64,000 nt of DNA from Vulcanimicrobiota bacterium (GCA_963820825.1 CAWGBN010000006.1:256001-320000); one strand, 5' to 3'; positions 45,128-55,135 are shown, numbered from the stretch's first letter. Notes: a model not told the origin generated them from the sequence alone. Numbers and translations: made by a program.

Positions 45128-46181
45128 TTAGGGCAACGTCCGAAATCGCGCGGCCATGCCGAGCTGCAGGTGCACGTTGAGGTGGCAGTGGTAGAGCCAA
45201 ACACCGGGGTTATCGGGAATCATGTCGGCCACCACCATGCCCATTGGGCCGAGCTCGGCCGTATCGGTCCGCATGCCGTTGACGACGACGGTCTCACCGT
45301 GCCAGTGGGGGGCATGAAAGTCGAAGTCACTCATCGTCGTCATCAGGTACCATCGAGTTCGCTCGCCGCGACGAACGTCGATGAGCGGCATGTTCCCGAA
45401 TATATATCCGTTGATCGAATACATTTGGTTATCGTCCACGAAACCTTGACTGCCGGGCTTCACGCCGCTCGGGTTAATCGCGGCATCGGCGACGTTCTCG
45501 TCGAAGAGCCGGCTTTGGCTCTCGTCGATCTCCGCGAACATCGTAAAGATCTCTCGGTCGACGTCGTTTGGGGATCCGTCCGGCTTGGCCGCATCGCGCC
45601 GAGTGACGACGATCGGCCCCACGAGACCGGTGTTTACGTCGCGCAGCTCGTCGGTGTGCGAGTGATACATCCAGAGAATCGAGCTCGGATCCATCGGCCC
45701 GGGCCCGGACCGCTCCGGAACGTCGAAATGGTAGGTGTACGTCGCCCCGGGAGCGACGGTGTCGCCGGGCTTATCGCCGGAACCGCTTCCGTCGCGATAC
45801 GGCGCACCCTCGGAGGCCTTCAGGTAGCGAAGACCGTGCACGTGGAAGCTCAGCGGCAAGTGCGAATTACTTCTTAAACACCACGACCACCGAATCGCCG
45901 ACGACGGCGTGGATCGGCGGTCCCATCGTGCCCATGTAGCGCTGATCCGCGGGGCGCGGCTCGAGCGTTGCGAACGTCGAGTCGGTGTAGCCGTGGTAGA
46001 CCACCTTATGGTAGGCGAAGCCCAGTTGAAACTTGGCCGGTTTCAACGGTGCCCCGGTGAGAACGTTCGTGCCGCTCGGAGCATAGTTCCAGACGACCTC
46101 GTCGGCGGCAATATAATACGTGCGCTCCGCCGCCAGTGCCGGCGTCGTGCAGAGCAAGACGAGAGAGATTATTCGAAGCAT
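45128..46181 (-). CDS. Secreted two-domain multicopper oxidase (1-nt frameshift near 45870)
   Basis: Signal peptide and HVHG, WMYHSH, HAPHWHG, WLYHCHLNVHLQLGM copper motifs. Confidence 0.88.
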
Positions 46182-46185
46182 GTCC

Positions 46186-46377
46186 TCACACTTTCGGAGC
46201 CTGTTCGTCGGCGAGCCGCGCGGCAATGAAATCGGCAACTTCGCGCGTCTCCGTCACGAAGAGACGCTTGCCTGACGTTACCTCGTGGACCGAGCCGCGC
46301 CAGTGCGCGTCGCCGCAGGATTCCTCGGTCAGCCACATGCGAACGAGGAAGGTGACGTCTCGCCGTTTGGGTTTCAC
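46186..46377 (-). CDS. Small hypothetical protein (63 aa), probably leaderless
   Basis: GTG 6 nt after TATGCT. FLVRMW...WRGSVHEVTSGKRLF pattern. Stop lies 4 nt before the oxidase start. Confidence 0.7.
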   Translation of the reverse strand: MKPKRRDVTFLVRMWLTEESCGDAHWRGSVHEVTSGKRLFVTETREVADFIAARLADEQAPKV

Positions 46378-46383
46378 GCGCCC

Positions 46384-46458
46384 AGCATAACCGGCCGGCG
46401 TGCCGCCGCCGTGCCGTAAAGCCGCCCGTACGCCAGGAGCACGGCAAGGCCGTACCAT
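46384..46458. promoter_or_regulatory. Divergent promoters with SARP-type heptamer direct repeats
   Basis: Minus: CGGCACG-N4-CGGCACG-N9-TATGCT. Plus: CCGTACG-N4-GAGCACG-N9-TACCAT. Confidence 0.65.
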
Positions 46459-46550
46459 GCTCAAAACCGAACCCTTATGACTGCCGCTTTCGGACCTCGG
46501 ACCGTGTCGGAGCGCGAACCATCAGTTGCGATGACCGTGTAAGACTCGAC

Positions 46551-49500
46551 GTGCGGTTGTTCGGCCAGGCCGACATTCGCTGCGCCGGCGCGCCCGTCAA
46601 GTTCGCGAAACGCTCGACGACGCTCACGATGCTGGCGCTGCTGGTGCTCAAACGCGGCCAGGCCGTTGCTCGCGACTCGTTGGCATTCACGTTGTTCCCG
46701 GAGACCGATGAAGCCGGCGCGCTAGCGGAGTTGCGGCGCTATCTCTATTTGGCGAACAAGGCACTGCCGGCGAGCGATGGCGAGCCGTGGATCGTCAGCG
46801 ATGCGGAGACGGTGCGCTGGAACGATGCGGCCGGCGCGTTCGTCGACGTCTTCGAGTTCGAGCGGCTCGCGGCCGAACCGGAGAGTCAGCGGCAAGCCGT
46901 CGACCTCTACGCCGGGGACTTGCTTGAGAACGTCTACGAGGATTGGGTCGTCGCCGAACGCGAACGGCTGCGCTCGCTCTACCTCGGCGTGCTCGACGAG
47001 TTGATCGGCCGATATCGTGCGGAACGAAACTACGCCGAGGCCATTGCTTGCGCGAAGCGCGTGCTTGCCGACGACGCCTGGCGGGAAGATACCCTGCGCA
47101 TTCTGATGGCGCTGCGCTACGAAATGGGCGATACTGCCGGCGCCCTCGCCGAATACGAGCGATTTGCAAAGCGCCTGCGAGACGAGCTGGCCGTCACGCC
47201 GATGCCTGAAACGGTCGCCGTGCGCCAATCGATCCTCCGACAGGAAGCCGTACCCGGTGCCGTTCGCCCTTCACGCTTCGCGCCGATGACCGAACCCCGT
47301 CGTGGCGCCGGCGCGATTCTGCCGTTCGTGGGACGCAAGAAGGAGCTCGCGGTGCTCTACGGCGCTTGGAGTCGCGCGGCACGCGGCTCTGCCGGTTTTG
47401 TCGTCGTCGCGGGCGAAGCGGGCGTCGGCAAGACGCGCCTCGCCGCAGAGCTCGCGCGAGTCGCTCAATCCGAGGGTGGTAGAGTCTTCGTCGGTACGAC
47501 CGCCTCGCCGGAATCGATGCCATATCAACCGATCGTCGAAGCGCTGCGTTCGGGACTGCCGCTGCTGCTCGCGCGCAATATCTCGCCGGAGCGCCGCATC
47601 GTCTTAGCGCCGCTCCTCCCCGAACTTCGCGATCCCGACGTTCCCGAAGTGCTCTTTTCGGAGACGTCGCCGGAGCGCGCCACGGCACGCATCTACGAAG
47701 CGCTCTCGTTTGCCGTTCGAACGCTGGCATCGCCGCGCCCGCTGCTGCTGGTTCTTGAAGACCTGCATTGGGCCGGTCCGGCGACGATCGAAGCGCTCGG
47801 GAGCATTCTCCGCGATGCGACGCGCTCGCCGATGTTGATCCTTGCGACCTGCCGGCAAGAGGAGACGCCCCTCGCTCATCCGCTGCGAGCACTCGGGCGT
47901 TCCTTGCGCGTCCATTTTAGCGTGGAGGAGTTCGAGCTCGAGCGTCTCGACGAAACGGACGTCAGCGAGTTGGTCGATCGAGTAGAAGGCCTGAGCGGCG
48001 AGCGCGAGGGCCTCGTACGGGCGCTGTACGCGCAAAGCGAGGGCAACGCACTCTTTCTCGATGAGGCGATTAGCGCGATTCTCGAAGATCGCGAGCCGAT
48101 GCTTGGACCGGCAACGATAGCGAGCGTCATCGGTCGACGAATCGCGCGACTCGGTCGCGAGGGCCGCACCGTGGTGGAAATTGCGGCGGTCGCCGGCCCC
48201 GGTTGCAGCGTTCCCTTGATTCGCGACGTTTCCAACCTTTCGAGTACCGCCATCGCGCGCGGTCTCGACGAACTGCTCGATCACCGGATTCTTCGCGAAG
48301 CCGGGGCGCGGGCCGGCTACGACTACGTCTTCAGCCATCATCTGATCGCCGACGCGGTCTACGCGGAGATCGAACCGGCCTTTCGGCAGCAGCGCCATCA
48401 TCGCGTGGCCGAGTGTTTGCAGGCCATATTCGAATCGAGCGGCGCCGGTTCGGCTCGCGAGATCGCGCGCCACTACGAATCGGCCGGGGCCCAAGCGAGT
48501 GCCGCGCACTGGTATCTGCACGCGGCACAAGACGCCGCCCTCGTTCACGCTCACGGTGACGCGATCGAGCTCGCGGGCCGGGCGCTGCAAAACGCTGCCG
48601 AGAGCGACCTTCGCCGAGCAGCGCTCGAAGTGCGCGAAGCGGCTCGAAGCCTTCGCGGCGATCGGCAAGGGCAACGCGATGACATCGACGCTCTCGAAGA
48701 ACTTGCAACGAACGATCCGGTACGCCGGTTCGACGTGTTGCTTCGGCGGGTCTTCCTCGCACGGGCGTTAGGCGATTCGGACGACGAGTATCGCTACATC
48801 GAGCGCCTCGAGCGGCTGGCCACGCAGCTCGGCGATGCCGAACGGGCGCAAGCGCTCACCCAGGCCGCGACGCATCTCAGCCTTTGTAGCCGCTCCGCAG
48901 AGGCGGTCGAGCCTGCGCGCCGGGCGCTCGCGATCTACGAGCGATGCGGGGATCTACGGGGACAGCTCGACTGTCTCTATCTGCTGGTGGAGGCAACGGC
49001 AAACACCGGCGAGTTGGAGGCTGAGAGCGGTTATCTGAGCGCCATTCGCGAGCGTGCGGGGAGCGTCAGCGATCGTGCGGTCGAGGCTCGAGCGCTCCGC
49101 ATCGCGGGCCTGGCCGCCCTTCACCGGCAGGAGTATAAAGATTGCTTCGCGCTCACGGAACGCTCGCTCGCACTCTATATCGAACTCAACGACCGTGAAG
49201 GCGAAGCCGCCGCTCGGGGGCGCTTGGCCGTAACGGCGGCATGGCTAGGGGAATACAGCTACGCTTTGCGCGAGTTCGAGTCGGCGATGCGAATCTACGA
49301 GTCGCTCGGGCATAAGCGCGGCCTCGCGGTCATCCACACCAATCGTACGCTGCTGCTGATGCGCGTCGGCCTGTTCACCGAGGCATTGCGCTCGATCGAA
49401 CGCTCGAACGAGCTCTTCGAGAGAGTTCAAGAGAAGCGCACGGTCGTAGCAAATCTCGTCAACGCGAGTTTCGTCAACGTGCAGTGCGGCGACGCCGCGC

Positions 49501-50024
49501 AAGCTAAGGCGCTGGCATCGTCGGCGCTGGAAATCGCGCGAGAGATGGCCTATCCGGTCTTTGAAGCCGCCGCGCTCGCGAATCTAGGAAACGCCGAGCG
49601 ATTAGCCGGCGAGCTCGGTGCCGCGATCGCGCACATGGAAGCGGGTCTGAGCATTCGCAGGTCGGTTCAGGAAGCACGCGACTTCGTCGACGATCTCGCC
49701 GACTTGACGCTGGCATACGTCGACGCGGGCCGAAACGATCGCGCGCTGGCGATCGCGCGAGAGCTGCTCGACGTAGGAATGAGTTCGTTCGAGGGCGCTT
49801 TCTGGCCCCAATACGCTTGGTGGGCGGCGGCGCACGGGCTCGCTGCGGGCGGTGCAGAGAGCGAAGCGCGCGACGCAATGGTGCACGCGCACCGCGAGCT
49901 CGACGCCTTTGCCGCACGAATCGCCGACGAAGCGACGCGCACGGCATTCCTGAGCGTGCCCATCAACCGTTCGATCGCCGAAGAGGCTCTACCGGCGGGC
50001 GGTCAACGTGCCGGCGAATGCTGA
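46551..50024 (+). CDS. SARP/AfsR-like regulator: wHTH, BTAD, AAA/STAND ATPase and TPR
   Basis: LALLVL...RDSLAFTLFP, LYAGDLL...WVVAERERL, GEAGVGKT, EDLHWA and EGNALF motifs, then TPR repeats. Confidence 0.9.
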   Translation: MRLFGQADIRCAGAPVKFAKRSTTLTMLALLVLKRGQAVARDSLAFTLFPETDEAGALAELRRYLYLANKALPASDGEPWIVSDAETVRWNDAAGAFVDVFEFERLAAEPESQRQAVDLYAGDLLENVYEDWVVAERERLRSLYLGVLDELIGRYRAERNYAEAIACAKRVLADDAWREDTLRILMALRYEMGDTAGALAEYERFAKRLRDELAVTPMPETVAVRQSILRQEAVPGAVRPSRFAPMTEPRRGAGAILPFVGRKKELAVLYGAWSRAARGSAGFVVVAGEAGVGKTRLAAELARVAQSEGGRVFVGTTASPESMPYQPIVEALRSGLPLLLARNISPERRIVLAPLLPELRDPDVPEVLFSETSPERATARIYEALSFAVRTLASPRPLLLVLEDLHWAGPATIEALGSILRDATRSPMLILATCRQEETPLAHPLRALGRSLRVHFSVEEFELERLDETDVSELVDRVEGLSGEREGLVRALYAQSEGNALFLDEAISAILEDREPMLGPATIASVIGRRIARLGREGRTVVEIAAVAGPGCSVPLIRDVSNLSSTAIARGLDELLDHRILREAGARAGYDYVFSHHLIADAVYAEIEPAFRQQRHHRVAECLQAIFESSGAGSAREIARHYESAGAQASAAHWYLHAAQDAALVHAHGDAIELAGRALQNAAESDLRRAALEVREAARSLRGDRQGQRDDIDALEELATNDPVRRFDVLLRRVFLARALGDSDDEYRYIERLERLATQLGDAERAQALTQAATHLSLCSRSAEAVEPARRALAIYERCGDLRGQLDCLYLLVEATANTGELEAESGYLSAIRERAGSVSDRAVEARALRIAGLAALHRQEYKDCFALTERSLALYIELNDREGEAAARGRLAVTAAWLGEYSYALREFESAMRIYESLGHKRGLAVIHTNRTLLLMRVGLFTEALRSIERSNELFERVQEKRTVVANLVNASFVNVQCGDAAQAKALASSALEIAREMAYPVFEAAALANLGNAERLAGELGAAIAHMEAGLSIRRSVQEARDFVDDLADLTLAYVDAGRNDRALAIARELLDVGMSSFEGAFWPQYAWWAAAHGLAAGGAESEARDAMVHAHRELDAFAARIADEATRTAFLSVPINRSIAEEALPAGGQRAGEC

Positions 50025-50980
50025 CTGATGACGGCACCGACCGGCTGCGAAATGCCGCCCGCGATCGATCCGAGAACCGTACCGCTGGGATAGGCGTAGA
50101 CCCAAACGTTGCTGTAATCGTAGTCGGGCGCGATGATCGCCATCGACGAGCCGGAGCCGAACAATCCGAACTGAGCGAGCGTCTGCGTCTTGCTCAGCGC
50201 GATGGTGTTTGCGACGGTCGCCGTCGAGCCGCTTACCGTAATTTCGTAAATCTTGGTTTTGGGATCGTATGAATCTCCGAGCAGAAGGCTCGACCCGTTG
50301 GCGAGCAGGCCGCTCGGCACGTTCATGGTGCCGCCGGTCAGGCTCAGGATCGTGAAGCCGGAGCCGCCGTTTGGAAGCTCGCCCAAGACCGCGCGAAACG
50401 AAGTGTCGTAGGCGTCCACGAAAACGTTTCCTTTGCGATCGAACGTGCAGAAGAGCGGCTCGTTCAGACGCGAATCCGAGTATTCCACCGGCGTCGAAGT
50501 CGGCGACGCAAAAACGAGTACGTTCCCCGGCTCGCCGCCGCTCGAATTGCTCAGGTTGGTAACGGCGAGCCGCCCGGTCTTCCGATCGATCGCGCAGCTG
50601 TAGGGCTCGCCGAGCGGGTCGGCGATCACGGCCTTCGGCGTTACGGCGCCATGGGCGTATTCGACGATGGTCCGCGCGTTCGAGTCGGCAATGAAGACGT
50701 CGCCGCGGGGGTCCGCGCAGAGACCGATGGGCGATTGGAAACCGAAGAGCTCGCCTGCGAGCGTAAACGTATCGCCGCCGGGATTGGCGTAGATCGTGAC
50801 GCCGCTGCTTCCGAATTCCGAAACGTAGAGGAGCGTTTCGCGCTGCGCCGCCACCCTCACCCACGATTTTTGGGCCTGAGCCGCAACCGGATCGGTTGCG
50901 GTCGTGGCGGGCATCGACGAGCCACATGCGCATAACGATGCAATCGTTACGGGAACGGCAAAGAAGCGGAACGCAAACAT
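50003..50980 (-). CDS. Lipoprotein, beta-propeller-like
   Basis: ATG 50980 after GGAGGAG, lipobox LCAC, and LLYVS / P.GLC.D..GDVFI repeats. Confidence 0.8.
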   Translation of the reverse strand: MFAFRFFAVPVTIASLCACGSSMPATTATDPVAAQAQKSWVRVAAQRETLLYVSEFGSSGVTIYANPGGDTFTLAGELFGFQSPIGLCADPRGDVFIADSNARTIVEYAHGAVTPKAVIADPLGEPYSCAIDRKTGRLAVTNLSNSSGGEPGNVLVFASPTSTPVEYSDSRLNEPLFCTFDRKGNVFVDAYDTSFRAVLGELPNGGSGFTILSLTGGTMNVPSGLLANGSSLLLGDSYDPKTKIYEITVSGSTATVANTIALSKTQTLAQFGLFGSGSSMAIIAPDYDYSNVWVYAYPSGTVLGSIAGGISQPVGAVISQHSPAR

Positions 50981-51017
50981 TTTAAAGACTCCTCCGTCGG
51001 GCGGTGCTGACGTCCGA

Positions 51018-51092
51018 ACCATAGCCGATGGGCGTGCCGCTTGCGTGCCGATCGCGCATTCGCACGCTGACGGCACGCACCGGCCCTACGAT
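51018..51092. promoter_or_regulatory. Divergent promoters with SARP-type heptamer direct repeats
   Basis: Minus: CGGCACG-N4-CGGCACG-N9-TATGGT. Plus: TCGCACG-N4-CGGCACG-N9-TACGAT. Confidence 0.7.
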
Positions 51093-51124
51093 TCGGCTAG
51101 ATCACTCTTACGGAGGACCCTTAC

Positions 51125-51568
51125 ATGAACCGCAATAAATGGCTGCCCGTCGCTATTGGTCTGGCAGCGCTCGCCTTTCAGCCTGTCGCCGCTGCTCAGC
51201 CGAAGACCACGGGTCAGGCACTCTCGAGCCTCGCCGGCGTACTCGGGACGTGGCATTGCGTCGACGGTAAAATCACCGAGACCGACACCTACACCCCCCG
51301 GAGCAACGCAATTCTCGATACCGATAGCCGCGGGGGAACGACGGTCATCACGTTCGATGCGAAGCGCCAAAAATGGGTCGTTTTTGCCGTCGGCTCGGAT
51401 GGCTACAGCACCTCGGAGGCTACCGTAAACCCTGCGAACTCGGATCGAGCGACGTTTTTCGTCGTCTACCCGCGCGCCTCCAGCAAACCGTTTATCGTCA
51501 GCGGTCCGTTCGGCCACGAGGCCAATGCCAAGATGACCGTCGGAACGATGAGCTGTACGAAGATATGA
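51125..51568 (+). CDS. Secreted hypothetical protein
   Basis: GGAGG RBS, signal peptide, LGTWHC and C-terminal CTK. Confidence 0.75.
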   Translation: MNRNKWLPVAIGLAALAFQPVAAAQPKTTGQALSSLAGVLGTWHCVDGKITETDTYTPRSNAILDTDSRGGTTVITFDAKRQKWVVFAVGSDGYSTSEATVNPANSDRATFFVVYPRASSKPFIVSGPFGHEANAKMTVGTMSCTKI

Positions 51569-51571
51569 CGT

Positions 51572-52942
51572 CTAGGCCGACGGGTTCGCCCAGCCGCCCG
51601 GCGGTGTGACCTGCGCGACTTGCGCCGGGCCCCAGGTGCCGGGCTCGTAGGGATAGACGGGCGTCGAGGCTTTGAGCATGGGATCGACGATTCGCCAAGC
51701 CTCTTCGACGTAATCTTGGCGCGCGAAGAGCGTTGAGTCGCCTTGCATCGCGTCGTAGAGCAGCCGCTCGTATGCATTCTCCTCATCGAGCGCGCTGGGG
51801 TGGCGGCTCACGGTCAGCTCGGTCGGCATCGCCGCGGCGTCGCTCTTGGGCGACATAATGGTGAGCCCGATTGCCATTGCGACGTCGGGACTCAGTTCGA
51901 TGCGGACGTGGTTCTGCGTGACCGGGTCGATCTGATAGATTCGCGGCGGTTTGCGAAGGCGGACAACGAGTTCGAGCCCCGTAACCGGAAGATTCTTCCC
52001 GGCACGAATGTAAAACGGAACGCCCTTCCAGCGCCACGAGTTGACCCACAGCCGCAACGCTGCAAACGTCTCCGTTTTGGAATCCGCTGCGACGCCCTCT
52101 TCGCTCAGGTAGCCCGTGAACTGGCCGCGAACGACGTCGGAGACCTCGATCGCGGGAACGGCTTCGAGTACTTTGACCTTCTCGTTGCGGATCGGCTCGC
52201 TATCGGAACGCGCCGGCGGGTCCATCGCGAGGTTGGAGAGCACCTGAAACATGTGGTTTTCGATTACGTCGCGGATCGCTCCGGTCGCGTCGTAAAAACT
52301 GCCGCGCCCTTGTACGCCGAAGTTCTCCGCCATCGTGATTTGCACGCTCTCGACGAACTCGTGATTCCAAAACGATTCGAGCAGCGGATTCGAGAACCGG
52401 AAGAAGAGCAAGTTATGGATCGGGCGTTTCCCAAGGTAGTGATCGATGCGGAAGATCGCCGATTCGTCGAAGTTCGAGTGCAGGATGCGATTGAGCTCCT
52501 GCGCTGAGGCCAAATCGTGGCCGAACGGCTTTTCGACGATGACGCGCGCCCCGTTCGCACAATCGGATTTACCGAGTTGCTCGACGACCGTCTCGAAGAG
52601 CGATGGGGGTATTGCCAGATAGTGCGCCGGGCGCTTCGCATTGCCGAGCGTCTTGCGCAGGGTATCGAAGGTGGCGGGGTCGGCGTAATCGCCGTCGACG
52701 TATTGAAGCAGCGACATGAGCTTGTCGAAAGCCGCGGCGTCGAGTCCGCCGTGCTCGGTCACGCTGTCGCGTGCGCGCTTCTTGAGCTGGTCCAGGTTCC
52801 AGCCGGCCTTCGCGACGCCGATGACCGGGACGTCGAGCTTACCGTGCTCGATCATCGCTTGGAGCGCGGGGAAGATCATCTTATAAGCGAGGTCTCCGGT
52901 CGCTCCAAAGAAGACCAGTGCGTCGGAAGGTTGAGCGGGCAT
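51572..52942 (-). CDS. zwf: Glucose-6-phosphate 1-dehydrogenase
   Basis: [22 protein letters not shown] and [12 protein letters not shown] motifs. Confidence 0.95.
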   Translation of the reverse strand: MPAQPSDALVFFGATGDLAYKMIFPALQAMIEHGKLDVPVIGVAKAGWNLDQLKKRARDSVTEHGGLDAAAFDKLMSLLQYVDGDYADPATFDTLRKTLGNAKRPAHYLAIPPSLFETVVEQLGKSDCANGARVIVEKPFGHDLASAQELNRILHSNFDESAIFRIDHYLGKRPIHNLLFFRFSNPLLESFWNHEFVESVQITMAENFGVQGRGSFYDATGAIRDVIENHMFQVLSNLAMDPPARSDSEPIRNEKVKVLEAVPAIEVSDVVRGQFTGYLSEEGVAADSKTETFAALRLWVNSWRWKGVPFYIRAGKNLPVTGLELVVRLRKPPRIYQIDPVTQNHVRIELSPDVAMAIGLTIMSPKSDAAAMPTELTVSRHPSALDEENAYERLLYDAMQGDSTLFARQDYVEEAWRIVDPMLKASTPVYPYEPGTWGPAQVAQVTPPGGWANPSA

Positions 52943-53950
52943 CTACTTCTGTTCCAAGTGGCCGCCGAACTCGTATCGCATCGCCGAGAGGATCTTGTCG
53001 GCAAACTCGGCATCGCCACGCGAGCTGAAGCGTTCGTACAATGCGGTCGTTAGGACCGGCGCGGGGATCGCTTCGTCGATCGCGGCCTTGATCGTCCAGC
53101 GCCCCTCGCCCGAATCCGAGACGCGCCCTTCGAACTTCGTGAGCTGCGGATCTTGGACGAAAGCGGCGGCGGTCAGGTCGAGCAGCCACGATGCGATAAC
53201 GCTTCCTCGCCGCCACACCTCGGTGATATCGGCAAGGTTGAGATCGTACTGATAGTTCTCCGGGTCGCGCAGCGGCGTCGATTCGGCGCTGGCAACCTGT
53301 TTCTGCTTGCCGACGTTTGCCGAGCGTAAGATGTTCAATCCCTCGGCGTACGACGCCATGATGCCGTACTCGATTCCGTTGTGGACCATCTTCACGAAGT
53401 GGCCCGCGCCGCTGGGACCGCAGTGCAGATATCCCAACTCCGAGGTGCCGCCGATCTTCTCGCGGCCGGGCGTTCGCGGAATCTCGCCGCGCCCCGGCGC
53501 CAGCGCCAAGAAGATGGGGTCGAGCCGCTTCACCGCCTCGTCCGGTCCTCCGATCATCATGCAGTAGCCACGCTCCAGCCCCCAGACGCCGCCGCTCGTG
53601 CCGACGTCGAGGAAGTCGATGCCGGCGGGCTTGAGCGCGGCTGCGTGGCGCAGGTCGTCGATGTAGTAAGAGTTTCCGCCGTCGACGATTGCGTCGCCGC
53701 GCTCCAGCAATGGTGCGAGCTCACCGATGCTCGCGTCGACCACGGCGGCCGGTACCATGAGCCAGACCGCGCGCGGCTTTTCGAGCTTCTGCACGAACTC
53801 CGCAAGCGAAGCGGCTCCGATCGCGCCGTCGGCGGCCAGTTCTTTCACCGCATCGGCGTTGCGATCGTAGACGACGCAGGTGTGTCCGGCACGCATCAGG
53901 CGGCGGACCATATTGGCTCCCATTCGGCCGAGGCCGATCATCCCGAGCAC
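52943..53950 (-). CDS. gnd: 6-phosphogluconate dehydrogenase (decarboxylating, short type)
   Basis: [27 protein letters not shown] and DSGEGRWT motifs. Confidence 0.95.
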   Translation of the reverse strand: MLGMIGLGRMGANMVRRLMRAGHTCVVYDRNADAVKELAADGAIGAASLAEFVQKLEKPRAVWLMVPAAVVDASIGELAPLLERGDAIVDGGNSYYIDDLRHAAALKPAGIDFLDVGTSGGVWGLERGYCMMIGGPDEAVKRLDPIFLALAPGRGEIPRTPGREKIGGTSELGYLHCGPSGAGHFVKMVHNGIEYGIMASYAEGLNILRSANVGKQKQVASAESTPLRDPENYQYDLNLADITEVWRRGSVIASWLLDLTAAAFVQDPQLTKFEGRVSDSGEGRWTIKAAIDEAIPAPVLTTALYERFSSRGDAEFADKILSAMRYEFGGHLEQK

Positions 53951-54133
53951 TGCTTAAAGCCCTCCATCTCGACGATAACGCTGCCGCCTGTACCGCGGGC
54001 TGTTAGTATTATCATGATTCCGATGAAATCCTAGATACGAGACGGTGCACGATCCGATGATGTGAGAAGGCGATGGAATTCTTGGGAAAGAAGCCCAGAG
54101 CGAAACGTTATTACAGTCCAGCGGGAGAGAACA

Positions 54134-54742
54134 GTGTACAAGTTGCCCCTAATTGCCTTCGTTGCCCTCGCATTGGCAAGCTGCGCCGGAGGCGCAAAGC
54201 AGTCCGCGCAAAACGCAGTCCCCGGCACGTACCGAGTTCTGCTCGATACGACCGAAGGACCGGTCGTGATCGACGTCGATCGCAGCCTCGCGCCGAATGG
54301 GGCCCAGCGCTTCTACGAGTTGGTGAAGGCGAAATATTTTGACGGCTCACGCTTCTACCGCGTCGTTCCGGGTTTCGTCGTCCAATGGGGCGCAGCCGCG
54401 AATCCCGTCGTGACGAAGAAGTGGGACGTGACGATTCCCGACGATCCGGTAAAGGCGTCGAACACGCGGGGAACGGTAGCGTTTGCGGCAACCGGCCAGC
54501 CGAATAGCCGCACCACGCACCTCTTTATCAATCTCGGTGACAACGCAAAGCTCGACGCGATGGGCTTCGCACCGATCGGCCGGGTTACGAGCGGAATGGA
54601 TGCCGTCGATAAAATCTACCCGGGCTACGGCGAAGCTCCCGATCAAGGGATGATCGGCGATCAGGGCAATGCGTATCTATTGAAATCGTTTCCACGACTC
54701 GATTACATCAAGACCGCGCGAGTCGTTAACGGGTCGCATTAA
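54134..54742 (+). CDS. Cyclophilin-type peptidyl-prolyl isomerase (lipoprotein)
   Basis: Lipobox LASC, FYRVVPGFVVQWG and NTRGTVAFA motifs. Confidence 0.9.
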   Translation: MYKLPLIAFVALALASCAGGAKQSAQNAVPGTYRVLLDTTEGPVVIDVDRSLAPNGAQRFYELVKAKYFDGSRFYRVVPGFVVQWGAAANPVVTKKWDVTIPDDPVKASNTRGTVAFAATGQPNSRTTHLFINLGDNAKLDAMGFAPIGRVTSGMDAVDKIYPGYGEAPDQGMIGDQGNAYLLKSFPRLDYIKTARVVNGSH

Positions 54743-54751
54743 CCCCGGGGT

Positions 54752-55063
54752 TTACCCTTCGCCATTTCTCAGCGCCAAGCGGAAGCGCGCGATCGCCCTC
54801 GAGTCATCGAGCCGTGCCGCCAAGCCGTGGACGACGTTCTTCTCGAGCAAACCGATGAGCACGAGCCGAAGCTCCGCCGAGCCCGGCCTCGAGACCACGC
54901 AGTCGCCGGTGAAACGGGACGCGGGATCGATGCTGAACCTCCCCGCATAGTGCAGGCCGAAGTAGCCGCCTTCAAAGCGGCCGAGTTCCAGCACCACGAT
55001 GCCCGCGTACGCCAGTCTATCGTCGAGGTTTGCGAACTCGATCGTATACGCTCCATCGCGCAC
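54752..55063 (-). CDS. Hypothetical protein
   Basis: Fills the gap between neighbours. GTG start preceded by GGGTAT. Confidence 0.5.
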   Translation of the reverse strand: MRDGAYTIEFANLDDRLAYAGIVVLELGRFEGGYFGLHYAGRFSIDPASRFTGDCVVSRPGSAELRLVLIGLLEKNVVHGLAARLDDSRAIARFRLALRNGEG

Positions 55064-55106
55064 GGCATGTCTATACCCAAACGGACGCGCCGCTCGCGGC
55101 GACCTT

Positions 55107-55135
55107 GTTTTCATTCGGTGCAGGTTGGGTACGCT
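55107..55135 (+). promoter_or_regulatory. SigB/SigF-like promoter
   Basis: GTTT-N16-GGGTA(CGCT), upstream of an AGGAGG RBS. Confidence 0.5.

Noticed and set aside
35274..51568. Integrative island or prophage anchored at tRNA-Leu
   Set aside because: I found no integrase, transposase or phage gene and no duplicate of the tRNA 3' end. The region is accessory-looking but lacks att evidence.
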